Assembly: GCF_009914755.1 (NCBI RefSeq)
Contig: NC_060939.1
From: the human T2T-CHM13v2.0 reference genome, Homo sapiens
DNA length: 64,000 nt
Reading direction: 5' to 3' (one strand)
A program made the translations under genes and the position numbers. The notes beneath the pieces are model-generated. The model saw only the letters and a program-made list of their open reading frames with translations. It had not been told where the DNA came from and searched no databases. Positions 26,236 through 39,589 of the stretch are shown piece by piece. Numbering within the stretch: position 1 is the first letter of the stretch; every line of letters begins with the position of its first letter.

Positions 26236-28036
26236 GCTCCCCAAATGCATGAGCTGGGATCATCCAACTGCAGCCCAGCAGAAGAGGTGTGCTTCGTTTG
26301 CTTAATTGTCTCCCAAAACTACCTCAACCTATGTTTTTGTGGGATCCAGAAACACTCATATCAGAAGGATAATAAATGCAAGCCAGTACACTATAGGTTA
26401 GGAAGACAATAAAGATAAATGGGTTTGCTACCAACAAGCTCAGAGTATAAAGAGAAAGACACCACAGTGTATTTTAATAATATAAAGGTTGGGAATATTT
26501 AAACTGCCCTTTCAAAAGATACTTTCAGTTACCCCTAAAATAAAACAAACATGTTTTCTCATTTTTTATATTTCTTATTTACATTAATGTTAGATAGCCA
26601 ATGATAATCAAAGTAAGCACTAAAAAGAAAGTCTACTATGCTGTTGTCTAGACCTTCAAAACCAGAATCTGCCTTTCAGATAATTATCCAGTCCCAGTAA
26701 TGTGTGGAGAATGGTGGAAATTCTTTAAATATTACCATTTGCATACAAGAATTTATCAATTTTGCATTAAAATTCTGCTTCTAAAACAGTTATTACCTCC
26801 ACAAACCATAGAATAGATTTTTCTGAGATATATGAGTGAAATACCCATCATATGATATGGGCATTTTGTAAAAGTGATAATGTGAGTGAAATGCATGATG
26901 CTCAATCCATGGTTTGAACCCAAGTCTATCTTCATCAGATCTACTTGTCCAGTGTCTTCAAAAGTCACAAAGAAGAACTACCCTGCTTAGCTTTCTATCT
27001 CCTACTGACAGCCTGCTAACCAGTTCTCTTTCTCATGCCTTAGGCCCTGACAACGAAGTCTCATCTAATGTGGGGGTTAGAGTTTATATTAAAGGTACAT
27101 GCAATGTACAGATCTAGATCCTGTACTAGAAATACATGCACAGTGTTACAAAAGTATTAACTGCTGGCTACTTGGAAATGGGCTAAAGACGAGTTTTAGC
27201 ACGTCTTCATTGAGGAGAGAACATTTGCATTTTGAGAAATACATAAATTCTCCTATAAGGCAGGATAGGTAGAAAATCATAATCCAGACAGTAGTATCAG
27301 AACGTGCAAATGCATGGAAACTTGAAAGAACATGGGATGTTTGGGGAACCACAGACAACTCCTCATGCCTACAATAGGTTAATCCTTAAAGTACTTTTCC
27401 AAAACTTGGAGGGTTTTTTTGAGGTAGCAACTTTTGAAGCTGTAAAGGAAGGTAGTTGCAAGGTCAGCCAGGGTCTCAGGCATTAGACCAAGAACCATGA
27501 AGCTGATTTTGCAAGTAACCTCGATTGAAAGTTCAAACAGGAAGAGAGCATCATATTTGTGCTTTAGAGAGTTCCCATGGTCAGCAACAGGATGTGTACA
27601 TTGCACAGTTAGGAAGCAACTGGAATTGTCCAGGTAAAAGATTAGAGTGTAAACTGAGAAAGTGCAGCTGAGAAAATTGAAAGGTAACAAATACTATTTA
27701 AATCAAGTAGAATTTTACATTTCCCTTATGAAGCATTACCAAAAATATTTAATATGAATCTCTCTTAAATAGAGTACTTCCTGATTTGAGTTATATCTCA
27801 AATTATTCCTTTAAGCAGTAAATGCAATTGAAAATTTTTGGAAGTTTCAAAAAAGTCTAATAAAATCTCACAATAAGTTTATCCATTTACTAGATGAAAA
27901 AATATATACACTCTGGATGTGAATTTGTACATTATAAAACCAACCAAATGGAGAACAGAAAAGAAAAATGGAACCAAGCAGCTGACTTGTATAAACAATA
28001 TCATACAAGACCCTATAGCTGAATCAAACGCAATTA

Positions 28037-28381
<345 letters not shown>

Positions 28382-28589
28382 TCAGATATTGGGTACTTAC
28401 GTCCTTCAAGGGAGGCTGGGTCCCACGTTCTTATGGTGAATTCATCACAGAAAGTCTCCTGATTTTTGGAGCCACCACCAATGAAGTTCTCACCAAAGGA
28501 CAAGAAGGCAAGGACAATCAAGGCCCTCTGGGCAAAGCCTTTATGATTTCTGCCCTTGTTATGCTTTTAAGCAGCCAAATATAGTGGTC

Positions 28590-28830
28590 ATGCTTGGAGC
28601 TGCAGAAGCTCTGTAGCAGCTTGGGAAAACAAGACCATCACCTTGAGAATAACAGAGCAGAAAAAAAAGTCTTCAATTTTTGATTATGCCATTGAACTGC
28701 TGAAGAAGCCACACTCAGAGATACTTACCGTCCTACCTCCAAACTTTATTATATTAGATAATAAAAGTCCTAATCATTTAAACCAGCTGAATTAACATTT
28801 CTATTGGCTGCCAAACACATCCTGATCAAC
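28590..28830 (+). mobile_element. MLT1 (K/L-type) LTR 3' fragment
   Basis: atgcttggagctgcag...attgaactgctgaa...ataataaaagtcc...ggctgccaaacacatcctga. Confidence 0.6.
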
Positions 28831-29858
28831 ATCTTATATACAGTTAGACACAGGTTTTGGTCAAAAGTGGTTTCACTTCTACTTGGTTTATCTTCCTGAT
28901 TTGATCACCTCTTGCTAAGGAAACCCTTGACAGCACAGTGTTGGATATCCAGTGACCATTAGATAAATGAGTTTTTCTCAGAACTTTTTATAATTTATAG
29001 GAAAACTGTATTTTAAGTTACATTTCAGATTGTTTACTATTGGACAAAACAGAAAAGTGCATCCATTGTAACTAGTCCTGTATGACTGGGGAAGAAAAAA
29101 TAAATTATTCCAACTCACCTGTTGGACTTCTCTAGGAGCAAGTAAGGTGAGATGGTTAGGATCCATTTCCATTTTTATACATATTCTTGCCATTTTCTAC
29201 AACATGCTATCTATAGGTGCTGGTACTGTTTTGCAGGTTTGATAGAACAAAATTATGAATTCCATTATGCAGAACCTCCGATTGAGATCAAGAACAGTGG
29301 AATGAACATATCACGAAGCTAGAGAATAGTATTCTTTAGAGCCAAAACTTTTCCCACTGGACCATATTGTCTAAAAGAATGAGACGTGGAGGTGCTTTTC
29401 TATACTATTACAGACGTTATTAGGGCTGCCACGTGCTTTTCTTAAAGTAACACCACTGTTTATGCTTCAAGGTGGATTTAGGTCTTCCATCTTTTTTAAC
29501 ATTTTTTTTTTGCAACTCTCATATGTTCTTATTGAGCAAAGATTCAGATTAAAGATAGATTCAGTATTATCTTATTGTAAAAATATTAGATTCTCTATCA
29601 AATTATCCATGCCACATATGTAGAAAAAAAGAAAAAAATCAGAGCCCATGTAAATGCAAGCATGAGAATACACACTGCGCCCTCCCTGCACAGGATCACG
29701 GAGTCAGTAAGAAGTCAAGAGAGGGAAGCCACTCCAGGTAAAGGATTACATGTGGCACAGTGAAGAACAATTCTCTCAAAATAGGAACAACCCTATCTTG
29801 AACTAAATTGACAAAATGGGAATGGATTGGAAAGAATTTTTCTTCATTCTCAAAATAG

Positions 29859-30376
<518 letters not shown>

Positions 30377-31151
30377 TGAAAACACTCTTCATCTTCCCCT
30401 ATACCCTCCAAACCATCACCAGCAATTTCTCAAATTGGAATGAAATAGCAAACAGACTGGCTTTTTTTTTTTTTTCAATATATAAATCTTGCCACTCCCT
30501 GTTCCAAGGGAACTTTTTCTCAGAAGGCAGAAGGGCCCACAGACAGCTTGGGTTTTAAATAAAAATTTTATTTCACCACACTACAATGGAAACAAGTAAA
30601 ATAAGCTTCTTTACTGTTTCATAAAATGTAATTCCATTTTAGCTTATTTTAATCTCAACTTTCTTTTGTTTCTATAGAAACAAAGAAATCAAATCCCAGC
30701 ATTTAGTGTTCACACAAGTGAATTTTCAATTTATAAAATGGTCTTTGTTTTAGTGTCTAGCAAATTCAAAAGTGCTATTAAAACCAAGTTATTATCATAA
30801 AATCTATAAGAAAAAAGTACCTCCACCCCCCAAACACGACAAACACCAAAGAAAATTAAACTATGTATTATAATGTTCCTGAAACTATTAATGCCATGAA
30901 GTAACAAAGTCTTGTAAGCTGACGCTTCTCTTAGGCAACTTGGTTTTATAAATTATATTTTTTAAGTGCTAGTTCCTTCTTTAATAATTTTACTTACCTG
31001 ATTTGTTACTTCTCACAGTCTCTTAAAATGAAAGGGAAATTGCACTTGTGCCCATTACAATGGAAAAAATCTTTAGTTAAAAGTCCAGGAAAATGTTTTG
31101 AGAGATGGTAATGCCAGTAGACGATTTCGCATAAACAAATAGAGAAATCCA

Positions 31152-31446
31152 GGCCAGGCGCAGTGGCTCACACCTATAATCCCAACACTCTGGGAGGCCT
31201 AGGTGGGAGGATCACCTGAAGTCAGGAGTTCGAGACCAGCCTGAGCAACATGGAGAAACCCCATCTCTACTAAAAATACAAAATTAGCCAGGCGTGCTGA
31301 TGCATGCCTGTAATCCCAGCTACTCAGAAGGCTGAGGCAGGAGAATCATTTGAACCCAAGAGGTGGAGCCAAGGTCGCGCCATTGCACTCCAGCCTGGGC
31401 AAAAAGTGCGAAACTCTGTCTCAAAAAAAAAAAACAAAAAAAAAAA
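31152..31446 (+). mobile_element. AluSp-like
   Basis: acatggagaaacccc...aaaatacaaaattag; small internal deletion. Confidence 0.93.
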
Positions 31447-31494
31447 CCCAGTATTTTTGAGTGTGCATTACATTTAATATGCTGTGGTGGGGAG

Positions 31495-31650
31495 AGTAGA
31501 ATGTATCAAAATGACTTAAATTAGAATCCGAGTCTTGTCTTTCTTAAGGTAGAAGACTTCTGGTAAATTAAGGGACCTCCATTTGCCTCAGTCTCTTCAT
31601 CTATAAAACTGTGGCAAAATTTATCTTATAAAGTTACTGCACAGAAAAAG
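31495..31650 (+). mobile_element. MIR fragment
   Basis: tgcctcagtctcttcatctataaaa core. Confidence 0.6.
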
Positions 31651-31905
31651 CAAGTTAGTAATAATAGTAGCCACTGCTTCTTGGGCACTTTACAAACATG
31701 ATCTCTCATAGCCCTCGGGACAACCCTATGTAAGAGGTACAGCTGGTTCTTGAATAACTAATTCATTCAGTTTTCTTTACAATATTGATGGGGAAAAAAA
31801 ATCTATCCCCAGCTGGGGATATAACCCACAATCTGCATGGGTTTTCTCCAGCTATCTCCTAAAGATGTGCATGTCAGGTTTACCGACGTATCCACACGGT
31901 CCCAG

Positions 31906-32749
31906 TATGTCTGGAACTGGTTCCTTCCGGTGGGTTCTTGGTCTCGCTGACGTCAGGAATGAAGCCGCAGACCCCCGCAGTGAGTGTTAACAGTTCTTAA
32001 AGATGGCGTGTCCCGAGTTCCTTCAGATGTTCAGATGTGTCCGGAGTTTCTTCCTTCTGGTGGGTTCGTGGTCTTGCTGACTTCAAGAGTGAAGCCACAG
32101 ACCTTCGCAGTGAGTGTTACAGCTCTTAAAGGTGGCGCGGTCGGAGTTCGTTCCTCCCGCAGGATTCGTGGTCTCGCTGACTTCTGGAGTGAAGCCGCAG
32201 ACCTTCGCGGTGAGTGTTACAGCTCTTAAAGGTGGCGCGGTCTGAGTTGCCCGTTCCTCCTGGTGGGTTAACGGTCTCACTGGCTTCAGGAGTGAAGCTG
32301 TAGACCTTCCCGGTGAGTGTGACAGCTCATAAACGTAGTACTAACCCAAAAAGTGAGGAGCAGCAAGATTTACTGCCAAGAGAGAAAGACCAAAGCGTGG
32401 AAACGGACCCAAAGCAAGTTGCTGCTGCTAGCCGGGGTGTCCACCTTTTATTTCCTTATTTGGCCCCGCCCACATCCTGCTGAGTTGTCCATTTTACAGA
32501 GCGCTGATTTGTCCATTTTACAGAGTGCTGATTGGTCCATTTTTACTGAGGGCTGACTGGTGTCTTTACAAACCTTTAGCTAGACACAGAGCGCTGATTG
32601 GTGCGTTTTTACAGAGTGCTAATTGGTGCTGTTTACAAACCTTTAGCTAGACACAGAGTGCTGATTGGTGTGTTTACAATCCTTTAGCTAGACCGAAAAG
32701 CTCTCCAAGTCCCCACCCGACCCAGAAGCCCAGCCGGCTTCACCTCTCA
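31906..32749 (-). mobile_element. Solo LTR12 (ERV9) LTR, 844 bp
   Basis: gggttcttggtctcgctgac, repeated gtgagtgttacagctc units, CCAAT repeats, end cttcacctctca; perfect 4-bp TSD ccag. Confidence 0.95.
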
Positions 32750-32985
32750 CCAGTGTGAGGGAGTGTAAGCGTGGGTGGGTATAGGTGCCCCCTGCAATGG
32801 GATGACATCCTGCCCAGGGCTGGTTCCAACCTTATGTCCCGAGCTGCTGGGATGGGCTCTGATCACTCCTAACCCTGAATTGGAAAAAGCGTTTAAATAA
32901 TGAGCTTATTTGTGTTTATTAATCTTTCTTAAATATATGTGTAATTGCATTTATTTCAATGTTTAATATTAGAAGTGTTTTAGGG

Positions 32986-33159
32986 TTTTTTGTTTTTTGT
33001 TGTTTTGTTTTTGAGATGGAGTCTCGCTCTGTCACCCAGGCTGGAGTGCAATGGCACAATCTCGGCTCACTGCAACCTCCGCCTCCTGGGTTCAAGTGAT
33101 TCTCCTGCCTTAGCCTCCTGAGTAGCTGGGACTACAGGCGCACGCTGCCACACCTGGCT

Positions 33160-33192
<33 letters not shown>

Positions 33193-33318
33193 TATTTTAG
33201 TAGAGACAGGGTTTCACCGTGTTGCCTAGGCTGGTCTTCGACTACTGAGCTTGGGCAATCTGCTCACCGCGGCCTCCCAAAGTGCTGGAATTACAGGTGT
33301 GAGCCCCCACGCCTGGCC
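32986..33318 (-). mobile_element. AluS inside MER6
   Basis: Full antisense Alu, long middle T-run; TSD gtgttttag. Confidence 0.95.
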
Positions 33319-33679
33319 GTGTTTTAGTTTTTATTTAGAAGTTTGATGTTTTTGTGACCAGAAGTACTTCCTAGGCCCTTAACTCTTGAGTATGTGAATT
33401 AGCCCATGGTAAGATTTTTTTTTTATGCATCATTTTGCTTAAATTCACGATTTCCAAGAACCTATGGGTGACATTGAGGACTTACTGTAATAATATCCCA
33501 ATTTTTGTGGCAAGAAAATGAAGATTCAGAGGGATTAAATAACTTGTTGAAGCATTAAGTGGCAGAACTGGAATTCAAACCCAAGCCTCTGATTCTAAAT
33601 CCTAACCTGTGAACTTCCATTCCCTATGTACTATATCAAGTTCATTTATGTTAGTTCATTGTTTCCCATTTTTGAAAAG

Positions 33680-33866
33680 CAGTGGTGCTCGAAGTGTGGT
33701 TGCCATACTGGGGCGGCAGCAGCATCACCTGGGGATTTATTAGAAATGCCAGTTCTCGTGCCCCACCCCAGATGTATTGAATTAGAAACACCAGGGATGG
33801 AGTCCAGCAATCTGTTTTAATGAACCCTCAGATGATTGTGATATGTGCTAATGTTTGAGAACCACT
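33680..33866 (+). mobile_element. MER5A, full length
   Basis: cagtggtgctcgaagtgtgg...tttgagaaccact terminal inverted repeats. Confidence 0.88.
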
Positions 33867-33899
33867 CCATAAAGATTATGAATGAAGATATGATTTGGG

Positions 33900-34400
33900 T
33901 AGCTAAAAATCAATATAAGAACAGAAAGACACAAGGAACCATAATACAAGTAAAATTCTGATTAATGCAATAAAAGAGATCAATAAAGTACAAAGAGGAA
34001 ATAATGGAGGGAAAGATTAATTCAGAGTGGTCACTCTGGGAATTTGAGCAGGGCTTGAAAGAACGGGTAGGACAAGCAAAAATGAGGGTAAAGTGGTGGG
34101 CAGGGGGAGGTGAAGAGTGTCATGAAGGTAGCTCTATTGTGCTGGAGTGCAGGAGGATTGAGAGATGTGAGGGATATCAGACTGAGGACGTGAACTGGAG
34201 CCAAGCGGAGGGGGAGAATGTATTCTGTGCACAATTGGGAAGGTTTTAACAATGTTTCCAGAGAGGATAACAGGTTTTAACAATGTTTCCAGAGAGAGAA
34301 TAACAGGACAATAGCTATGCTTTGGAAAGAGAAATCTGATGGCAGCCTGGAGAATGGCATGGGAGGGGAGAGAGTGATGGCAGGCAGTTAGGCTCAAAGC
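33900..34400 (-). mobile_element. L2 fragment with 31-33 bp tandem duplication at 34241-34304
   Basis: Purine-rich antisense L2 motifs (tttggaaagagaaatctgatggcagcctggagaatgg). Confidence 0.65.
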
Positions 34401-34582
34401 CTGGAGCACCCTCCCCGGCCAGAGTGTGTGCTGAGCCCCTTAGTGAAATTGACCTCACACGGTATATGAGTCTGAGAATTAGCCATGTAGAATGTATACA
34501 TATAAAAAATACCTATAAATAATCTCTTCATCTTCTACTACATGGTCCTTTTTAATTTTCCTCTTAAGAGTGATTAATTTCT

Positions 34583-35240
34583 GGTCAGGCAAAGTGTCTC
34601 ACACCTGTGATCCCAGAATTTTTAGAGTCTAAGGTGGGAGGATCACTTGAGCCCAGGAGTTCGAGACCAGCCTGGGCTTGAACATGGCAAAACTCCATCT
34701 CTACACGAATAAAAAAATAGCAAGGTGTGGTGGCACGTACTTCTTGTATTAGTTCTCATGCTGCTAATAAAGATATACCCAAGGCTAGACAATTTATAAA
34801 GAAAAGTGGTTTAATTGGCTCACAGTTCCACATGGTTGAGGAGGCCTCATAATCATGGCAGAAGGCAAAAGAGGAGCAAAGTCACATCTTACATGGCGGC
34901 AGACAAGAGAGAGCATGTGCACAGGAACTCCCCTTTATAAAACCATCAGATCTCATGAGACTTATTCACTATCATGAGAACATCATGCGAAATACCCACC
35001 CCTATGATTCAACTACCTCCTACTAGGTCCCTCCCACAATAAATGTGAATTATGTGAGCCACAATTCAAGATGAGATTTTGAGTGGGGACACGGCCAAAC
35101 CATATCACCTGTGGTCCCAGCTACTCATGGGACTGAGGTGGGAGTATCACTCGGGCCCAGGAGGTAAAGGCTGCAGTGAGCTGTAATCGCACCACTGCAT
35201 TCCAAAAAACAAAAAAACAAAACAAAACAAAACAAAACAG
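34583..35240 (+). mobile_element. AluJ split by THE1 LTR (34583-34744, 35108-35240)
   Basis: Alu sequence resumes in register after the LTR: ggtggcacgta...cctgtggtcccagctactc. Confidence 0.9.
34745..35107 (-). mobile_element. THE1 (B/C-type) solo LTR
   Basis: tgtattag...gctgctaataaaga...aaaaccatcagatctcatgagacttattcactatcatgagaac...ccaaaccatatca. Confidence 0.95.
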
Positions 35241-35244
35241 CAAT

Positions 35245-35760
35245 TTATTTCTAATTGTGAAACTCATGCATGGATTAGAAATTTATAAAATTTAGAGAAC
35301 TTTAAAGATGATAATACAAATCACCTAAACTTAGACTATTGTTAGCATCCTGATGCAAATCATTTGAAAGATGTGTATGCATATGTGATAGATGTATCCC
35401 TACATATGGATCAGACTTTGATACAACTGTTTTTCTTCTTATTCGTTGAACATAGTGGGCACTTTTCCATATAATCAAAATTATCAGAAAGCACCAATTT
35501 TGATTAGTACATAGTGTTCTAGCTCATGGGTATTCTGCAGTTTATGTAATACTTCAATGGCCATCCTTCTACACCCAGCCTTGCCTAGATCCTTACAGGT
35601 GGAAAGAAGGCTCAGATCCTAAGAATATATCCTAATGTATTCTAATTTCATATCATGAGATTGGCCTCCAGGAATGTTGCACTATTTTACTCTTTAACTA
35701 ATGTTTATGAATGTGTCAAGCTTACCATGACCTCACCAATGTTAAACATCATTTATCTTG
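35245..35760 (-). mobile_element. Old L1 (L1ME-type) fragment
   Basis: Antisense L1ME 3' motifs, e.g. ttgcactattttactctttaactaatgtttatgaatgtg...cctcaccaat. Confidence 0.55.
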
Positions 35761-36524
35761 ATGTATGCTTTTTATAGCAATATGATACTGTTAGAACTGA
35801 TATAGCACAACACTTGCACTGCCTTTTTAGCATAGCCTGAGAGTCACTTGGCTGACATTTTTAGAATTTAACTAATCCCCCTCAAAACCACTTTTCTGAT
35901 ATAGCCATGGTGAGTCTATGAGTACCAACTCATACTGTCAGTAGCTATCAATAAATATCCCAAACTATGAGAAAGTGCAGAGTGAAATGTCTTGGAGACC
36001 AAAGGAAAATCCCATGAGAACCAGGAGACAACAGATAAATCTGGCTTCTGGACCTACAGCAGATTCATTTATTAATTCATCCATTTTAGTAATATACAGG
36101 GTGATAAATTTGCAATAACATACATAAGGGGCTTCATTGATTATGAACAGAACATTGGGTGCAGACAAGATTTTCTTAATGCATGAGAGGTTAAGAATGA
36201 TCGCTTTTGATGTTAATTGGAAGAATTCTCTATAGGGTAGGTGCTCTCTTGACAAATGAGTTCTCAGTTAATTTCAGGGCATGGTAAGTGAGTGGTACAC
36301 TCTTTAAGAAAAAGTTTTCCTTTCATTTATCAATACTGTGCCCTATAATGCTATATTTAAAGTTGCTTCACTTATGATTACATTCTTAAAAAATTAAATT
36401 CAGAGTCAGGTCAAGAATATAACCACTTTGTTTTTAATTAGTAAGGAATAGTTTACAACAGAAAACTTGTTATTTCTCTGTGTGTTGAACCGAGAAATTC
36501 CTACTAATACACAATTCAGCTCAC

Positions 36525-36778
36525 AGCATCACCCCTGGAAGGGCTTCTTCACCATTTGCATATTCAATTAGTCAGGATGCTCTCTCTGCTTCTGCAATCC
36601 CTTTCATCTGTCTCTGTTATGTCACTAATTGTGTTGCCCTGGAATCAACTGGTGCCATGTTGCTCTCTCCAACTGAACTGTGAGGCCCTGAAGCCAAAAG
36701 TCATGATTCTGTCCATCTCTAGTACACAGGACAGTGCGTGTTATCAATATTTTCTTGCCGAATAAATAGATTAATGAA
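36525..36778 (+). mobile_element. L2 3' end
   Basis: actgaactgtgaggccctgaag...tcaatattttcttgccgaataaatagattaatgaa. Confidence 0.65.
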
Positions 36779-36793
36779 CAGGGACAGTAGTAG

Positions 36794-37393
36794 TGTGTCT
36801 GGAATTTATTCCTTCCTGTGGGTTCTTGGTCTCGCTGACTTCAAGAATGAAGTTGTGGACTTTTGCAGTGAGTGTTACAGCTCTTAAAGATGGTGTGTCT
36901 GGAGTTTGTTTCTTCAGATGTGTCCAATTTCTTCCTGCTGGTGGGTTCATGGTCTCACTGACTTCAGGAGTGAAGCCACAGACCTTCGCAGTTTGAGTGT
37001 TACAGCTCATAAAGGCAGTGCGGACCCAAAGAGTGAACAGCAGTAAGATTTATTGCAAAGAGCGAAACAACAAAACTCAACAGCATGGAAGGGGACCTGA
37101 GAGAGTTGCCGCTACTGGTGCAGGTGGCCAGCTTTTATTCCCTTTTTTGGCCCTGCCCATGTCCTGCTGATTGGTCCATTTTACAGATGGCTGATTGGTC
37201 CATTTTACAGAGTGCTGATTGGTCCGTTTTACAGAGTGCTGATTGGTGCGTTTACAAACCTTTAGCTAGACACAGAGCGCTGATTGGTGCATTTCTACAG
37301 AGTGCTGATTGGTGTGTTTATAATCCTCTAGCTAGACAGAAAAGTTCTCCAAGTCTCCACCCCACCCAGAAGCCCAGCTGACTTCACCTCTCG
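36794..37393 (-). mobile_element. Second solo LTR12, short type, 600 bp
   Basis: tgtgtctggaattt...six gctgattgg CCAAT units...cttcacctctcg; perfect 4-bp TSD gtag. Confidence 0.95.
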
Positions 37394-37562
37394 GTAGCAG
37401 TGAAGTAGAGGCACACAGAGTCCACTTGGCTTTGTAAAAATCTAAGCAAAAGGACAGTGAAGATGTCAAGTTAGATGATGATGGTGGAAAACAAGGAGTG
37501 TTTTATTCAAAGTCAGTGGAAATTTATTTCAAGTAAACATAGGAAAGTTAAGAAAAAAGGTG

Positions 37563-37960
37563 TGTAGAGACTGTCAATTGCCCACCCCAAAACATTTTGC
37601 ACTTTCGTCCTTTCCAATATAACTCCCATTTATTGAAACAGCACTGTGTCCCGATCTTTTGAACTCCATTTCTCTGCCTCCCTTGTAGATCAGAGTGGTC
37701 ATGCGACACTACCCTGCTCAATTCAATGTCAGCAAAGATTATTACATGTTGCTTTCAGGAATGCTCCCCTTAAAGGGTGGCAGATTCAATTGGCAGATGC
37801 CCTTTGATTCTGTGATCATCCTCTTCCTTTCTACCTGAAATGCAGAAGCTGCAGCTAGAGTTCAAGCAACTATCTTGAGAACATAAGAATGAGCATCACA
37901 GAGAATGTGCACACCGACCCTTGCTTCGGTCTATCTAGCTTATAAGTGTGAAAAACATTG
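37563..37960 (+). mobile_element. MLT1 (J/K-type) LTR
   Basis: tgtagagactgtcaattgccc...catttctctgcctcccttgtag...gctagagttcaagcaactatcttg. Confidence 0.7.
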
Positions 37961-37964
37961 TGAG

Positions 37965-38620
37965 ATAAAATTGACAGGCCTTATAATGAAACTGGGGTAT
38001 TTCCTGGATCTAGAGGTCAAACAAGAGTGTAGAGACAAAGATAATGCTGAAGTTTTAAGGTTTTAACACCAGGAGGTTTATTTCCATATACAAACCAAAT
38101 GGCTGAGACAAAGGGGGAAGGGATAGGAGAGCTGGTTTACAGAGACAATTGAAGAGTTTTGGCTTTATATACTGAGCTTGAGGAAATCCAGGTGAAGATA
38201 ACAAGCTTAGGAGAAAAATCATGGTGGCCCAGCTCGTTGGATAGAGGAGATAACTGGAGTAGCAAGAATGGATGGGTTTGCTTAAAGATAAAGGATCAGG
38301 CAAAGAGAAGATGATAATGAACAGAACCCTGAGCATGCACCATAAAACAACAGAACAGTATTCATCAGAATTCAGAAGAAAACGAAATACAAGAAGAGTG
38401 CAGCAGACAGCAAGTGCAAGGATTTTCAACATGGTCAATGGTGCAAAATGGCAAAGGAGAAGAATCAAGCTGACCCTTGGGCAGGTAAAGGGGCCTGTGA
38501 AAAATATGGTTTCAGTACCTGGGAGAGGAAAGAGCTGGAGATTCAAAAACCCATGAGGAAGTGTTCTCAAGGAGAGTAAGCCTTCAAGGATTTTTACTAT
38601 GAAGGGAGGAAGAGAAAATA
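37965..38620 (-). mobile_element. L2 fragment
   Basis: Antisense L2 motifs (gaagagttttggcttta...gagcttgagg, acagaaccctgag, ttcaaggatttttactatgaaggga). Confidence 0.65.
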
Positions 38621-38850
38621 CCATATAACTAACACCATAAAAAGGTAGCAGGCTAGTCATTCCCCCCAGAGCAGCTTGAAAACAATTTGTTCATTGGCTG
38701 AACAATATGACATTTTAATATTTAATCAAATCTAATAGTTACTAATTTTCTACATTTAATGTGTATGGGGAATATAAAATAAGCTGCCAGTCACATTTTG
38801 GGCCAGCCAGGTTGCTGGTAGTAAATCTTTGTTTTTAAGACAAGCATCCT

Positions 38851-39159
<309 letters not shown>

Positions 39160-39589
39160 CTATTTTATAATTAAGAGCCCATGGGCTTAATGTTTTAATT
39201 CCACAATGATTTTATTATGGCCTTTGCATTTATTTATACCTTTTAACCTTCCTCTCTTAACGGGTGAAAATTGGATGCTAAAAATTGCCAAGGTCAGCAT
39301 TGCTTCATACTTGGCATTGGCCCAGCAAGCGTTTTCCACCTTCTCCCCTAGATCCCTATATTTAGCCAAACCCATATTTTGGATCTGACCAAGTAAGCTA
39401 CTCCAGGCTCATACTGGCACCTCTCCTAAATCAACTCACCCACTGATTCTATAGAGTATATAACTTCATGGAAGGAAGGTTCGGAGAGAACTCGAGGATC
39501 TATCCACATTCTCATGTGTCTGTATTTGGACTGGCACCTAGAATTATGAGTATATAAAATCACCATGATCATCATTTATACATGTATTA

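Larger units (their letters stand above)
31740..33487 (+). mobile_element. MER6 (TcMar-Tigger MITE), interrupted by LTR12 and Alu
   Basis: TA-flanked ends cagctggttcttgaataac ... gaggacttactg; internal ctgcatgggttttctcc and ccctgcaatgggatgacatcctgcccaggg. Confidence 0.8.
31680..33605 (-). mobile_element. MIR split by MER6 insertion (halves 31680-31739 and 33488-33605)
   Basis: gcactttacaaacatgatctc...acaaccctatg joins to atcccaattttt...gaaaatgaagattcagagggattaa...gaactggaattcaaaccca. Confidence 0.75.

Noticed and set aside
31980-32330. Regularly spaced repeats resembling a CRISPR array
   Set aside because: They are the normal internal tandem units of LTR12, in eukaryotic DNA with no unique spacers
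36278-36283. 6-nt plus-strand microexon (ttcag|GGCATG|gtaagt)
   Set aside because: Pyrimidine tract is short with a competing AG upstream; not supportable without conservation data
31906-37393. Two co-oriented LTR12s as ends of one ERV9 provirus
   Set aside because: Each has its own 4-bp TSD (ccag; gtag), their lengths differ, and the DNA between is MER6/Alu/L2/THE1/L1 with no gag/pol/env
38055-38660. Longest ORF (201 aa, minus strand)
   Set aside because: Lies in a decayed L2; Leu/Phe/Ser-rich low-complexity translation with no recognisable domain
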